Positions 1 through 13,420 of a stretch of 64,000 bases of DNA are shown piece after piece. This DNA is from Botryllus schlosseri (taxonomy: Eukaryota), in assembly GCA_051294905.1 (NCBI GenBank), contig CM119371.1, positions 16,866,001-16,930,000 of the forward strand, given 5' to 3'. The stretch's first letter is position 1, and each line of letters begins with the position of its first letter. Under the pieces are notes generated by a model. The model had not been told where the DNA came from, did no database searches, and worked only from the letters and a program-made list of their open reading frames with translations. The translations under genes and the position numbers were made by a program.

Positions 1-1407
1 AAAGGTTGGCCACCCCTGATCTATATAGATTACTAATCTACCCGTAGGGTAATTATCTATACTAATCTAGCTAGAGTCTGTCAGCCATCAGTAACATCGG
101 ATGCAGCAACGAAGACATAGATGCCGCCGTGTGACGTCATAATGAATACTTGTCAATTGTCGATAACATCATAGTTGCACTAGACCGCACTTTACGCCAT
201 GCCATTGCTGTGTACAGCATTAAATATCTGACGCGGCGTTTTTTCACACTGGCACTGTACTCATTAACATTAAGCCATACAGCTGAATTAAATCTTTAAA
301 TGTGCGATTATTTTTCAACTGTAACTGCAGTAAGAGCAATATGAGCGCATATCACGTCCTGATCAATAGAAATCCGATTTGTACCAAATAGCCATTGGTT
401 TGACATTCGATATTGGTGCACTCGTTACCAGCCCATCTGGTGTCGATCAAGTTTATCGGAATATAATATTTTCCCGTACAAACGAATAGAATAAAATCTG
501 AATTGGTGCCACGGAGAATCGGATGTTTCATTAATATTGCAACCTAATTAAACACTGTGCCATGCACATTGCGCTGTGCCCGTAAGGAATTAAACTATGC
601 ACATTTACAAGTCACAGTGCGCGATAATTCGAGAATACTAGAGTATCAAGCATACATCAATAATGAATACACGGAACAGAGGATTATAAATTGGAAATCG
701 TGTATCATATCAGTAATTTGTCTCCAACAAAAAATACCATGGGGTTCTGACATGGCGTTGAGTAGCCTAGCTCGCACCGCGAAAATTGTTCCCTGAGTGT
801 AACGGCGTTTTGGGCTACTCTTCTGGCATCCCCTAGATACACCTGAAATCCTTGCAGAAGGGAATGACGACCATGCGCAGTGATGAATTCCAATTCACAT
901 GCATAGTTGCATATGCATGCACAATAACACTGTCCAATTTCGCGCTCCTACTAAACAACTAACACGAAAGAACGAGAACGAGTATTTGCTCATTCGATTC
1001 ATAGCAACGATGAGATAGAATTTCTCGGCGCGTGCTCGTCATGTCGACATGTGCAACGAAATCACGTTTTTATTGTCCGTCCCATTTCGCGTAATAGGCC
1101 TACATAGTGATCATTATTTTCGAACCGTACAATTGGTCAACAAGGTTGTGCTGATGATGAAATTGCGGGTATGCCGAATACCCATAATATTCATAAGCAT
1201 AGCATACCGAGGTTCGGCACTCATTATGAAAATTGAGCATTAAACATATGACTGCTCTGCTGCTATATCCCCAGGAACATGGTTAGTCGAAAAAGGTAGC
1301 GCCAAAGAGGCAAATATTCTCAATTTCGTGAAGTCCTGCTGCTGAATTATATGTGAAATCAGCAGATATGGTTGTTGCATATATATAATAGCATCATATG
1401 AAATACG

Positions 1408-1576
1408 TCGGAGCTGGAGGTACTCCTAAAATAACTGGCTCCAGCTTCGGCCCCAGCTGAATTTTATGTACAGCTCCGTCTCCGTCTCCAGCTCCGGTGA
1501 AAATGCACGCCTCTGGGCTCCGCCTCCGGAGCTCCGGCTCAGGGCTCCTGCTCCGGGCTCCGACTCTAAAGCCCTG
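1408..1576. mobile_element. MITE remnant (right end) with GCTCCG subterminal repeats
   Basis: Dense gctccg/ggagc repeats ending in gactctaaagccctg, a hAT-like CAGGG terminus. Left end not found. Confidence 0.6.
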
Positions 1577-2567
1577 GTAAAAAATATAGCAAGCGCATGA
1601 TGTCCATCTCGATTTCATATGTTTATTGTATCATAATAACCAAATCTGTGTGACTACTCCTGTATAACTTGTCAATGGGGTAAAACGCGTTTTACACATT
1701 GCTCAATATCATCGTACCCACACTAAGACGCCGAATACATTGTGCGGCCAAGACCGTTAAGGCGTAAGCTTGTATATTCCCTTGCAAGTCCTCTTCTAAA
1801 GTGTTTGCAAAGCGACGGAAGATATTGATTATATGGGATTATTATTAGGGATCGTGTAAACCTCCGAAAGGTTCAGGCTCGTGTGAACGCGAACCTTTTT
1901 CAAAGGTTTTGTGTGAACGTGAACGTGAACCTCATGACGTCACGTAACGTCATATTGTTAATTCTAACCCCCACATACACGATACCTAGCGACGACTCGG
2001 GCCACATAATGCCACAATGCTGAAGTACATATTGACGTTTTGAACTTGGACAATATATCAGTGGCGGCTCGTGACAATATCGGGTGGTGGGGCAAGGGCT
2101 GCATGCGACTTTTTATCAAGATGACGTCACAATGGCGTTTTCCAACGTAAACAAGTAACTTGGTGGTACGGACTACGGTAACACGAACTTCCCGACAACA
2201 GTGATTTTAACGTATGTGCCTCGAGAGGTCTGCCGGTGAGCTGTGACTTGAAGTGTGGTAACTGCGTAAACGGCGTACGGAACAAAGATTCGACACGGTT
2301 CATGTTCGCATTATACCTGACTAATTATCTGCAGCAATGGAAATGACTATAACTCGAGAGATTGCGTAAGCCTAACTGGAAAGGTCAACGAGTTCGGACA
2401 CATACGCAATTGTTATCTCATAGATTGGATATGTCATATTGAATCCAAAACATAATTCTGAAGAACTACGGATAGCGGCCTCGGAAATTCGGTCCCGGTA
2501 CAGCATAGGAGATTTTGGCCTTGAGGCTGGAGACTGTCACACGACACATACGGCTTACGGTCTATAG

Positions 2568-3436
2568 CAGAGGTCTTAAACTCAAATGTGCTCGCGGGCC
2601 AATTTCCTACTTTTTGATGGCACCGCGGGCCGCAGCACGAATAATAGCGGAATTCAATGTATTTCCAAGTAGGCCTCAGTTGAGGGTACTTTGCAGACTG
2701 ACATTCCACACGCATCGTGACAACGTGATTTACTATCGTTAATTCACGCTTGGCTCGAAAAAAGTTTTTTTTAAAGGTTGGAATAAAATTGTTGCTGTAC
2801 TTGGATAGTTTGTCAAAATAATTAGTTGTAGACACCATGCGAGAGTACCAATACATACATACATACCTATACATCGAAAGGGCAACATAATGCCACTGCT
2901 TGCCACACCCTCCTGTTTATATATCTAAATAAGCTACGAAACGCAAGCTACGACCTTTTTATATTTTACTATTTTCCATACCGGTTTGATAGTTTGTTGC
3001 GTCCGTGGTTGTACCAAGTAACGGCGTTCCGAGTCACAAAAGTCCTTCTCTGATTGTATCCTTTGACGCGACTCTGCTCAAGTCATTTTTATTTTATCAC
3101 CCGTTGAGTCCTAGTTCGAGTAATTCTACAAAAGGTCACGCCCAAGTAAAAATCACAATTTTCAGTACGAATTATCAACGGGTCATGTTCAACCAACCAT
3201 CACAAACAAATAATGTCACGAAATAGGTAATCTTCCACTGCGTCGTAACTTTTGAAAGTGATGTAATAGTGACGTTTGATGAGTAGTTTAAGGCTTCTGG
3301 AGCAGTTTTAGAGCGAATTTTAAGTTCTCAAATTATGAAAAAATTGGTAGTTAAATAATGTCGAATACTTCGAAATCCAAAATGACCTCGCGGGCCGCAC
3401 AAAATGGTCTCGCGGGCCGCGTGTTTGAGACCTCTG
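2568..3436 (+). mobile_element. hAT MITE (CAGAGGTCTCAAAC/GGCCCGCG family)
   Basis: TIR cagaggtcttaaac/gtttgagacctctg, TSD gtctatag. The paralogous site near 47304 is empty. Confidence 0.92.
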
Positions 3437-3509
3437 GTCTATAGTGTCTATATGTCTGCTGCAAAATCGCCTTGGGAAAATATATTACCGAATAAATACG
3501 TGGATGAAA

Positions 3510-4500
3510 GCCGAAAACTTGGTACACTGTTACATGAAATCATCGAGAAATAGCCTCATGACCGTTTTCGGTATGGTACACTGTCAAAATTAATACGAAC
3601 AGACCAACACCGAATTTTGCGTAAAATTTACTGAGGAATCGGCTGATCAAGCGATCAGCTCTTAGCCGCCATCGAAAACGAAACAGCTATCGCGCTTGAC
3701 AGGGGTTGTAATTGTAAGCAAATGGCCTGAAGGCCACAATTTCACGGTGAAATTGACATTGGAGAATATAAAATAAAAGTAAATATTTGAATGCAAACCG
3801 AGGATGTTAGTAAACTGTTTCATGATATCATCATCTCATCACCTATCTCAGTATGGAACACAGTTAGCGTTAACACAGATACACCGGCTTTTGCGTGAAA
3901 TCCGCAATGCGTTAGGTGGGCTAAGTGTCAGATCAGCGCACATCTCTACCATACTCGACCTTGATAACGAAATTGCTGCCCTAATCATTGAGTGCCAACC
4001 TTGAGACTAGGTACAGCGTTCGATACTAAAATCAAGACATACCATGCAAAAGCTCATGACGGATCTAGGTAAGGAGCATCGTTAAAATCAATGGAGACCA
4101 ATACCGGCTTTACGTAAAATATGTTTGCGATAAATGACGAGTCAGCTCTCACTCGACTTAGGAAACGAAATTACCACAAACACAGTACAGTGACAAACTT
4201 GAAACTTGGTACAGCGTTCGATACTAACATTAAGACTTACCGTACCAAATGTCATGACCGATCTCGGTATGGAACATCGTCAAAATCAATGGATACCAAT
4301 ACCGGCTTTTGAGTAAAATCTGTTTGCGATACATGACGGTCAGCACACACTCAACTTCGGAAACGAAATTACTACCCTAAACTTTAAGTAGAAACCCTGT
4401 AACTTGGGACAGTGTTAAATACCACCATCACGACATGACATACCAAGTTTCAAGAATTATCATGGTGTGAAACACCATCAAAATCGACCTATACCAGCAA
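3510..4500. repeat. Diverged ~198-bp tandem repeats inside the hAT element
   Basis: Motif aacttggtacag...tcatga...aaaatc recurs near 3517, 3812, 4003, 4201 and 4399. Confidence 0.75.
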
Positions 4501-5919
4501 AGGTCGACTAAACGCATATGACGGTAACCGAGTTCAGATATAGATACGATTGTTACATCACACCTTGAGGGCGACTAGGCTATGTTGCCCCGGTTGCTCG
4601 GTAATTTTATGAATAGGAGAGAGTAAATCACTGTTTCTTTATTGTGCGCGGCTTTGAGAGAATAGACAGTGAAAGCTTGTTATGAGCGCTACCGGGGCAT
4701 GCCCCGGCTAGGCATTCGCAAAGCGAAAACACGGAAGAGAATTCGATTTTCGCAGAGACTTCGCTATATATGGGCATTTACAAGCGAAAGGACAAGAAGA
4801 ATACGATTTTCGCTGTGATTTCGGTATATATAGATTGCTGTGCGTCTCTAAATGGTAAAGAACTGTTATTGAACAGAATTTTAGGTGGGGCAATGCCCCA
4901 GTTGCCCTATAGGACGAGCCGCCACTGCAATATATGATGCGATAATCCCATAAAATCAATATCTTCCGTCGCTTTGCCAATAATTTCGGCAAGGACTTGC
5001 AAGGGAATATAAGCTGACGCCTTATTAACGGCATAGGCCAGCCTGACAATGTATTCGGCGTTTGAGTAATGCTACTTTGATATTGAGCAGAGTGAGAAAC
5101 GGGTTTCTATATTTGCTACCGATATTTACCCTTTAACAAGTTACACAGCAGTAGCCAACACCCCAATCTCGCGGATTTGGTTTTTATGATACAGTAAAAA
5201 CATGAAGTCAAGATTGACCCCGTACACCTGCTAGATTTTTTACATCAGACAACGACATCAATCTCATTGATTGGTTGAATCATCATTCGCTGACTGCATG
5301 TAGTGTATTTCGCTCTTGATGTTGTGTGTTTGCGGGTAAAGCTCACAGCAGAAAGTCACTACATATTCACAAACGGAAAGCTGGATATTTAAAGCAAACT
5401 ACTGCAACAAAGCAAGTACAATTTTTACAATTGTCAAGGTGCAATCTCGTTTGGTATTGATTTTTTTATGCTGCCAGCGCCATGCATAGAGTTGTCCACT
5501 GTTGAAATGCAATAGATTTCAGCCAAACATGTCAAAATTGTAATATATGAAAAAGATTCAGAGCGCAGAGCCATACCAAGGTTCCTTTGTGAACGTGAAC
5601 CTTCAAATTTCTGACACCATCCCTACTTATTCTATCATTTGATTGCTACAGTTGATACATTTGACGACGTTTAAAAAGCCAATATGTACTTACCAGCATT
5701 GTGGCATTATGTGGCCCGTGTCGTCGCTAGGTCTCATGTACACTAATATAAATCACTTCACTAAAATGTAGGGTTGGAATTAGCAATATGACGTCACGTG
5801 GCGTCATGAGGTTCACACTCACGTTAACACAGAACCTTTCAAAAAGGTTCGGCCGTTCATACGAACCTGAACCTTTCGGAGTTCACACCATCCCTAGTAG
5901 ATAGTCAGCGTATGATGCG

Positions 5920-7647
5920 TATTTAACCAATCAATATAATTTATATAAACAAATCATTGATGTCTAATGTAAAACTATAGCAGGCGTACGGGATCTATCT
6001 TGATTTGATATGTTCATGGTAACATATAAATCAAATCCGTGCGATCAGGGTGTTGGCCATCGTAACACTTTTTTTGGGGTAATATCGGAAGCAAGTATAC
6101 AAACCAGTTTGACACTCTGCTAAATATCAATGTAACAATAGTCAGACGCCGGACACATTGTCAGGTCTGGCCTAGACCAGAGATCTCAAACTCAAATGTG
6201 TTCCCGTGCCAATTACCTAATTTTTGATGACGCTGCGGGCGCAGCACCGATAATTGGGGAATTCAATGTATTCCAAGTAGGCTTTATTTGACGGGACTTT
6301 GCAGACTGGTATTCCACACACATCGTGAAAATGTGATTTACTCTTGTGAAATACCGCCTGGCACGAAAAAATCAAATTTTAATTTATCTGAATAAAATTG
6401 TTGCTGTACTTGGCATAGTTACTGTATATTTAGTTGTAGACACCAAAACACATTAAAAATGCATCAGGACATCGTAAAAGCTGTCACGTTAAAATTTTCC
6501 AGCTAGTGGACTTTTGACTGTCACAATTATAGGTAGATTGATCTGATATCAGAGCATTGGAGCACTACAGCCCAATCCGGGTTTCGGGCATGCATACTGC
6601 TGATACTAGGGTATTGATCATGTCATTACCAAAGTCAAATTAAATCAGCGCTAGATTAACCTTCAAATATTAGAACAGATCTATAACAACCTGAATATAA
6701 TGATTGCTGTGCCATAGCATTAGAAATGTCAATTCGCCGAAGAATAAATTAGTGTTACAGCTCTGAAGTCTACGACTACTATATACTCGCTACATTTATT
6801 GGCGATGGTAACCAGGATAAAGATACCCAAGATGACACAGGATGTAACCAACTATACATCAAGAGGGTAACATATTGCCAATCTTTTCCATACAGAGCTG
6901 CTTAGATATCTAAATAAGGTGTGCAACACAAGCTAAGACCTTTTGATGTGTTACCATTCCCTATACCAATTTGATCGTTTTTTGCGTCCGTGGTTGTAGT
7001 AAGTCACGGCGTTTCGAGTCACAATAATTCCTTCTCTGATTGTAGCGTTTGACACGACTCAACTCGAGTCATCTTTATTTTATCACACGTTGAGTCCGAG
7101 ATCGAGTTATTCTACAGAAGGTCTCGCCCAAGTCCAAATCACAATTTTCAGTCACGAACCATCAACAGGTCTTGTTTTACCACAATAAACAAGTAGTGTG
7201 GTGTAATAGTTGCTCTTTCACTGCGTAGTAACTTTTGAAAGTGATGTAGTGGTGAATTAGACGAGGAGTTTCAGGCTTCTGAAGTAATTTTAGAGCGATA
7301 TCCAGTTCTCAAAAAAAAACATTTGGCAGTCAAATATCGTCGAATACTTCGAACTCCAAAATAGCGTGGCGGGCCGCGGGCCGCGTGTTTGATACCTGTG
7401 GCCTAGACCGTTTAAACATAAGCTTATTTTCCCTTGCAAGTTCATTAGGGGTGACTATAAAAATTCAGCATGTATACTTTAGCATTGTAGTCTCTAATGT
7501 GACTGAGTCGTTGCTCGTGTACAATGTACATTATTATATCACTTCACTGAAAATTAGGGTTGGAATTAGCAATAAGACGTCATGTGACGTAATAGATTCG
7601 CGTTCGCGTTCACACAGATCATTTTAAAAACGTTCGCACCATCCCTA
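5920..7647 (+). mobile_element. Third TAGGGATG-family MITE copy (left-truncated, interrupted)
   Basis: Colinear with about 59950-60540. Ends caccatcccta. Confidence 0.7.
6178..7400 (+). mobile_element. hAT MITE (CAGAGG family, longer variant)
   Basis: Ends cagagatctcaaac/gtttgatacctgtg, TSD gcctagac. Homologous to 2568-3436. Confidence 0.88.
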
Positions 7648-7879
7648 CAGGTAGCGGCGAGTGAAAAAAAAAAGATTCGTAATATCAATGAAAAAATATT
7701 TGAATCCCCATCTCCAAGGTAGAACCTGCAAATCCTAAACAATGGTTTAATCGTATTAACTTTTGACGAGGTACAATAACAGCAGCAGTAAATTCATTAT
7801 TGGTGGTTTACGGATGAAATAATTCGTTTGGCAGGACAACCTTTCTGTATAACTTGTTTGTCTCATTTGGGGATATTTG

Positions 7880-8546
7880 CTTTTGTTTGTTTGTTTTGGG
7901 GTATTCATGGTGTTTGTCGACTTCTATGGTCAATTGGTCATTTACACCAGGCCGATATTCTTCTTATCTTCCGTAACTGCCGACTTTAAGCACGGCCCAC
8001 CTCTAGGCTTTTGTAACACACCGCTGACGCGGATGAGTTGGTAGGAGGAGCCTATGTAAACCTCCAACAATTAGGTATTGGAATTCGGAAGTCGAACTCG
8101 GTCCAACTCAGTGGTTCCCAACGTGGGCGATATCGCCCCCAGGGGGTGATTTGGCGGTCTGTGGGGGGCGAAAATGACGAAGGGGGCGACAGGGGGGCGA
8201 AAATGGACAAAGGGGGCGACGGGGGGCGAAAATAGCGAAGGGGGCGATAGGGGGCGATGACGCGTCAAAACGGCTGACCTTTTTTTTCAGTCAACCCACG
8301 GGAATCTAGTTACAAAAGTGTGTCAAATTAGACATCGAGCCGATAATTTGACCTTTTTGTTTAGTCAACCCGCCGGTGATTACAGTTTGTATGCCCAATT
8401 TTCGGTACAGAAAATTTGGGGGCGATGATCGGTGTTGACCTTGAAAAGGGGGCGATTGGTCGAAAAAGGTTGGTTACCACTGGTCTAACTCGAACCCGCA
8501 CCCATTGGTGTTGCAGCCGCGGATTATTACACTGCGCTATCTCGCC
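7880..8546 (-). mobile_element. tRNA-derived SINE family A, interrupted by a MITE
   Basis: Minus-strand head with A box (ggcgagatagcgcagtg) and B box (ggttcgag). Body matches 14033-14298 and 25610-25875. Confidence 0.85.
8109..8482. mobile_element. hAT MITE with GGGGGCGA repeats
   Basis: Ends cagtggttcccaac/gttggttaccactg, TSD gtccaact/gtctaact. Confidence 0.85.
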
Positions 8547-8764
8547 ACTGATTTGCATTTGTAACACATGGTGACGAATCTCCAGCCCAGTTAGTGGGGG
8601 AATCACCAAACGCTAATTGTGGCTGCATAATCTCGCTATGGGGCATTGTCAGTGAGAGATCACATTGAACAGAATGTGTTGTTATTTTTTAGTAAACTTA
8701 TCTGTCTCGCTTGGTTAACGCAGGACCGGCCAAGCTCCCATATTGGCGGGGGGGGGGGAGGGTG

Positions 8765-8990
8765 AACTCGAAGGGGGCCCAAAATCATTTCGTGAATTAA
8801 CATAAATTATAGAGTATGTTTTTAAAAATTTATGCAACTGTTAAAAAAAATTGCGCTCCGTGAGATTTAATGTTGCGATATATCTTCATCATTGGGCACC
8901 CTTCCCCAAGAAAAAATACGCATGATTTAGAGAAATGGGCATTTCGTTGTCGACCATTACCGCGCCGCGGCGCACCAAGACATTCGAAGT
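8765..8990. repeat. Dispersed repeat module
   Basis: Similar to about 34050-34270 (same strand) and about 55500-55700 (opposite strand), e.g. cttccccaagaaa..tacgcatgat. Confidence 0.6.
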
Positions 8991-9891
8991 TTTAGTCCAT
9001 GTAACATGCGACTCCAAGAAGTGCACTCACTAAACAGTAACTAGATCTCGCTGATAAGTATCGTCAAAAACGTACATCGTAAAGAGGGGGGGGGGACGAA
9101 GTGCTGTTCATTCAGGACGTTTGAAGCTCAGTAATTCAAGTCGAATTTGGCTGAACCATCGTAATCTCTGACGGTACGTTTCATTGATCTTCGACATCAG
9201 ATCGAGATGTGCACTTTTGAGAACAAATTATGCCAGGATCTCGGTATAGAAAAGTAAATAGATCACCAAAGCTGTTCTCCGAGCACATAACCAGGATTTG
9301 TAGCGTAATGAGGATGTATACGACATAATGGAATTTCTTCAAGTATGAGTCGCTCATGGTCTCAATTTTCCTCGCTATCGCACCTGAGCGATCGTTTATT
9401 TCCTATGTGATATTCGCAGAATTTCATGCCACAAAGAACTTAGTGGCACCTCGCGCGATCTCCTGTGGCGTAATTTATAATTATGCCACTGAACTTTGCT
9501 GGGCATTGCAGCCGATAAGCGTCACGCGTCACGCTTAGATAAGTGGTTACGCCTGAATGGATGTATAATTAGGCTATGTGCCCTAAATTTTAAAAGACAC
9601 CATCTACATCAGTTCCACCAGTATATATCTGATCACATCGGATGAGATTTTACTAGCTGCAGCTGCAGTACATTAGAAAACCCTGAGGTAAAGTGAGAAG
9701 AGGTATAACTCGACAGCACCGACCACGACCGGGGCGTATGGGATTGGGAGCCACTGAATAATGACTGCGAAAGAGATGGGAAGACGTTCCAGAAAATACA
9801 AGAGAGCAAAGAGCATGAACATTTTGAAATTCGTGTCGTGGAGAAAAAAGTCTAAAAAGGCGATAAGCTCCACGGTGTTGTGACCATTAAT

Positions 9892-10404
9892 TAGGGGTTG
9901 GCACGATGATTGGAGTACTCGAATCTGAATCGAGTAATAATTTTAATGATCCGAGTCGAGTAGTGAAAGACGATTTTTTCGAGTACTGAAATTATACGCT
10001 CCTCGCCATTGCAAGTAAATTTACGAACGAGAATTGTGGTTTCGATACTATTTTCCACTGAGGCTTTGAAACCTTGATTGGCCTATCGCAGCGCACGAAA
10101 CATATTTTACTAATGTCCCGAACGTTACTGGAAATAACTCATTTACGAAGTCATGATCATCTCACAACATTTTCACGAAGTGCAATGAAATCGGTATGAT
10201 TGTAAAAATACCAAAGTATCTTTAATGCAATGCATAATAGGCATTATATTCTTTCTGGTGGCACAAAAGGTATATATTTGAACCTGCATGGACATATTGT
10301 ATTATTGTATGGCGTCATAATGAGTGATACTCGAGTACTCGACTCGATGCCTAATACGTGATACAGAATCGAATCACTCAGGTACTCGATTTTGCCCAAC
10401 CCTA
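9892..10404. mobile_element. hAT MITE with GAGTACTCGA repeats
   Basis: Ends taggggttggca/tgcccaacccta, perfect TSD ccattaat. Confidence 0.88.
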
Positions 10405-11293
10405 CCATTAATACATACATCCATATAATATTGGTTGCTTAAGCAAGAACATATGCTTCGCGCATCGATTGACATGGTTCAACCCATAGATTGTACATGG
10501 ATTTGAGCCATGTGCATTTGTGGACTCGATTTACAGAGCTGCAACATCGTACTTAGTTTAACTGTATTGCCGATGTGTCACAAAATGCTGGACAAATTAT
10601 GTTGTGGTAATTGCGATGTCACAGAAGGGAGACGATCACAGTTGTAAATATTTTGGATGAGCTATCATGCCATGACGTATTTGACACATTCCGGATAGGC
10701 ACTGAGCTCGCAGGAAGTCAAGCTTGTGAATTATCGCCTCGTAAAGAAAAACTTAAACTAAAAGTCATTTGGATGTCTAAATCGCGTACATTTATGACCG
10801 ATCCAAAACCACCCAATTGATGAATTTCAAACTACTCTCTCAAAAACTATACCGAAGGAGATTGTGGAAGAGCTGTCACTTCGCCGTAGATCACGATGTC
10901 AACTTGGATCCTGTCCGTCTTCGTCATGAACACCTTTATTTCGCTCGGTGCACGTGTCTGCTCAGGAAAGACCAATTCTCGAATCTGCCCATCATAAATG
11001 CAAGGGAATATAAAGTATTGAATACAAGTAAAATTATCTATCACAATTATACACCACATTATTTCAATTGGTATAAAATATGTGTGGGGTTTGTAATAAC
11101 AGAAGCACTAATAGGACAGGGTCCGAGAACCTTTTAGGTTAGAAAAACATTTTAGCCATATTATCGATATATGCATATCATAAAGAGCTATACAACGATG
11201 GCAATCAACTGGTAAATCCCGATTGAAAATTCGTGATGTCATTGTAGCTCGAAGTCGATACTGACTACATGAGAATTGTTTCAAGCACCAATT

Positions 11294-11791
11294 CAGGGTT
11301 GTAACCACGTCACAAGGCTCCTAGTCACAAGTCAGGCTCACTTTTATAGTCAAGTCGAATCAGTTTCGATTCACCACCGAGCCAAGTCCGAGTCCGAATC
11401 AGCGATATGAGGGTCGAGTCCGAGTGATGGTATTGTGACTCGAATCCGAGTCTAAGCCACTGTGTTGATTGATCAGTTTTCAGTTAAAGTCTTGTTAAAT
11501 CAACTTTTTATAACTCTGTTTGGTGATATCGAATGGTTTGCATTTTTATATACTAATTTTCCTCACTTTAAGCACTTTCTGGTCAGGTTTTCAAGTATCA
11601 GTACCAATGGACGAAATCTCCATAGTGTGGTTACTTTACTATTTTTCGAAATTACAATGAAATGTCTGTCTTGGAGTGTCGAGTCATTTTCGTATTTTGA
11701 GAAAATGACTCAAGTCGAGTCGAGTCACCAGGAAATCGTGTCACTCTATTCGAGCTCGAGTCGAGTCATGACTCGAGTCACTACAACCCTG
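11294..11791. mobile_element. MITE with GAGTC/GACTC repeats
   Basis: TIR cagggttgta/tacaaccctg. Second copy at 54551-55069. TSD not clear. Confidence 0.8.
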
Positions 11792-12502
11792 TTCACCATA
11801 TTTTTTGTGTAAAACCAATGTGATGTTATAACTCCAGCACCGTATTTGCTCTATATCGGAGTCTGTATTGGACTAGTAAATCAACTATTAAGCAGACAAC
11901 ATTTGCCATTACTATGAGATTTTCGTACCCTCTAAATCCCATGGATACGCCGCTGGCTTGACCTCACAAAGACTTGTCTCAGCCAGCACAAGAATAATGA
12001 ACCAGTCCGTTATGAAAGTTTACAAATTAGTTGCAGCAATATTAATAGAGAAGTCGCCAATTGCCGATGCCAATGCCAAAGATGAAACATTATTAAACAA
12101 TCGGAGCGCCGCATCCTATAGGCTCCCGGCTCCTGCAGTAGAATGCATTATGCATGGCGTTGTAAATCTACAATGAAGATGGCGAAAGAGAATTATCCGC
12201 TTTACTACACCAGTCAATTCGACGTACAACCATTAACGCAAAATGACTGACTAGAAAACAAATACGGGAGCTACTTATACTCAGTTGCCGCGATACAGGT
12301 GCTGTTTCGGCCGTTTTTTTACATGCACTTATAAACGTCGCGGAAACTTATCCCAAAACTATTTTCTACTTTCAAAATGAATGTGAGTAACTGGTTTCGG
12401 CTGAAAAATTGTGACGGAAAAGTTTAAGTAGTCGTAAAACAGAACTACTTCATGAATCTGAAAAAAGTACTTTGTTACAGACTACCTATGCTGTTATGGC
12501 CA

Positions 12503-13420
12503 TTATGCATCATGGAGCGAACAGCACTCGCTGACGGATGAAAATGCCAGGTCTGACCGAAGTACCACCAACCATGGCAACACTTCTACCTTTAATACGC
12601 AATTATTGGCGTCTGCAGGCATCTTTAATATTTTCTCAAGGATCGCGCGAGTGCCTTGTTTTGATAGGTTTTCCATGTTTACACGTTGGACTTGTATGAC
12701 TGCGCCTCCACTCGTGAAATGGAAGAGTTCGTTTATAATGCCGATGGTGGTTTCTTCCAGTTCCTCAACCTTCAGACGATTGCCCTGCAAAATAGACGCA
12801 GGTGTTCGAACACAACTGGCCACGCCACAGGTATTCTTCTAACGAACAATATATGTCAAACCTCAAGCGCATGCAGTGGTGCTTACCCCTCAATAACCTA
12901 AAAGCCTTCGATGACCGCAAAATTTATGCTGAGTAGCCCCTTATCAGAGCAGCATGAAATATATTGATGAGTGTCAATAGTGTGATTTAGTGTTGTCGCG
13001 AAATTACATCTTACAATCATGGAGAACATCCGATTTAGAACTGCAAGTACGCGACACTTTGAGTTTTCCAGACCCTTCATTCACAAGTTCTATATTAGAA
13101 GTTGTGTTGAAATGATTCGGAAATTTCTCCATACATTTGTAATTTATTATTAATTTACGTGAGTAGCAACACTGACTATAGGGTTAGTTATTTCGCATAA
13201 CTCAATAGTGCTCCAGTGCAATGACTGTAGCTAGCTAACAAGAGGTTGCTTACCACAACATCGTACTTCATATTGTAATCCGACAGCTCGACGGATCCTA
13301 TCTCAAATTTAATTGCGCCTGCATCTTTTGAGTGAGAGCACGCAGCAAGCAGGCCCGACAGTCTTTCAGCATCTTCACGCATATCTCCCACAATTTTTAA
13401 GTTTGCTATCTTGCAATCTA
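12503..13420 (-). pseudogene. Degenerate coding segments, probably distal exons of the NACHT/NLR gene
   Basis: Three co-oriented non-repeat ORFs (13391-13188, 13080-12898, 12823-12503) with protein-like composition, broken by stops. Link to the NACHT gene is inferred from strand and position only. Confidence 0.4.

Larger units (their letters stand above)
2059..4927 (-). mobile_element. Non-autonomous hAT transposon (transposase deleted), same family as 43697-48581
   Basis: TIR cagtggcggctcgt/acgagccgccactg. Perfect 8-bp TSD caatatat. Colinear with 43697-48581. Confidence 0.92.
1846..5625 (-). mobile_element. TAGGGATG-family hAT MITE inserted in reverse into its own family
   Basis: Ends tagggatcgtg...caccatcccta. 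Interior is the reverse complement of 59563-60540. Degenerate TSD attattat/cttattct. Confidence 0.8.
1620..5896 (+). mobile_element. TAGGGATG/GAACCT-family hAT MITE, outer copy (interrupted, left end not found)
   Basis: 1620-1845 and 5634-5896 are colinear with about 60040-60540 of the intact copy. Ends ...caccatcccta. Confidence 0.75.

Noticed and set aside
3510..4500. CRISPR-like repeat array
   Set aside because: Units are ~198 bp, diverged along their whole length, with no unique spacers and no cas genes. The context is eukaryotic.
1846..5896. Single 4-kb element with ~200-bp TIRs
   Set aside because: No TSD. It is explained by two nested, inverted copies of the same MITE.
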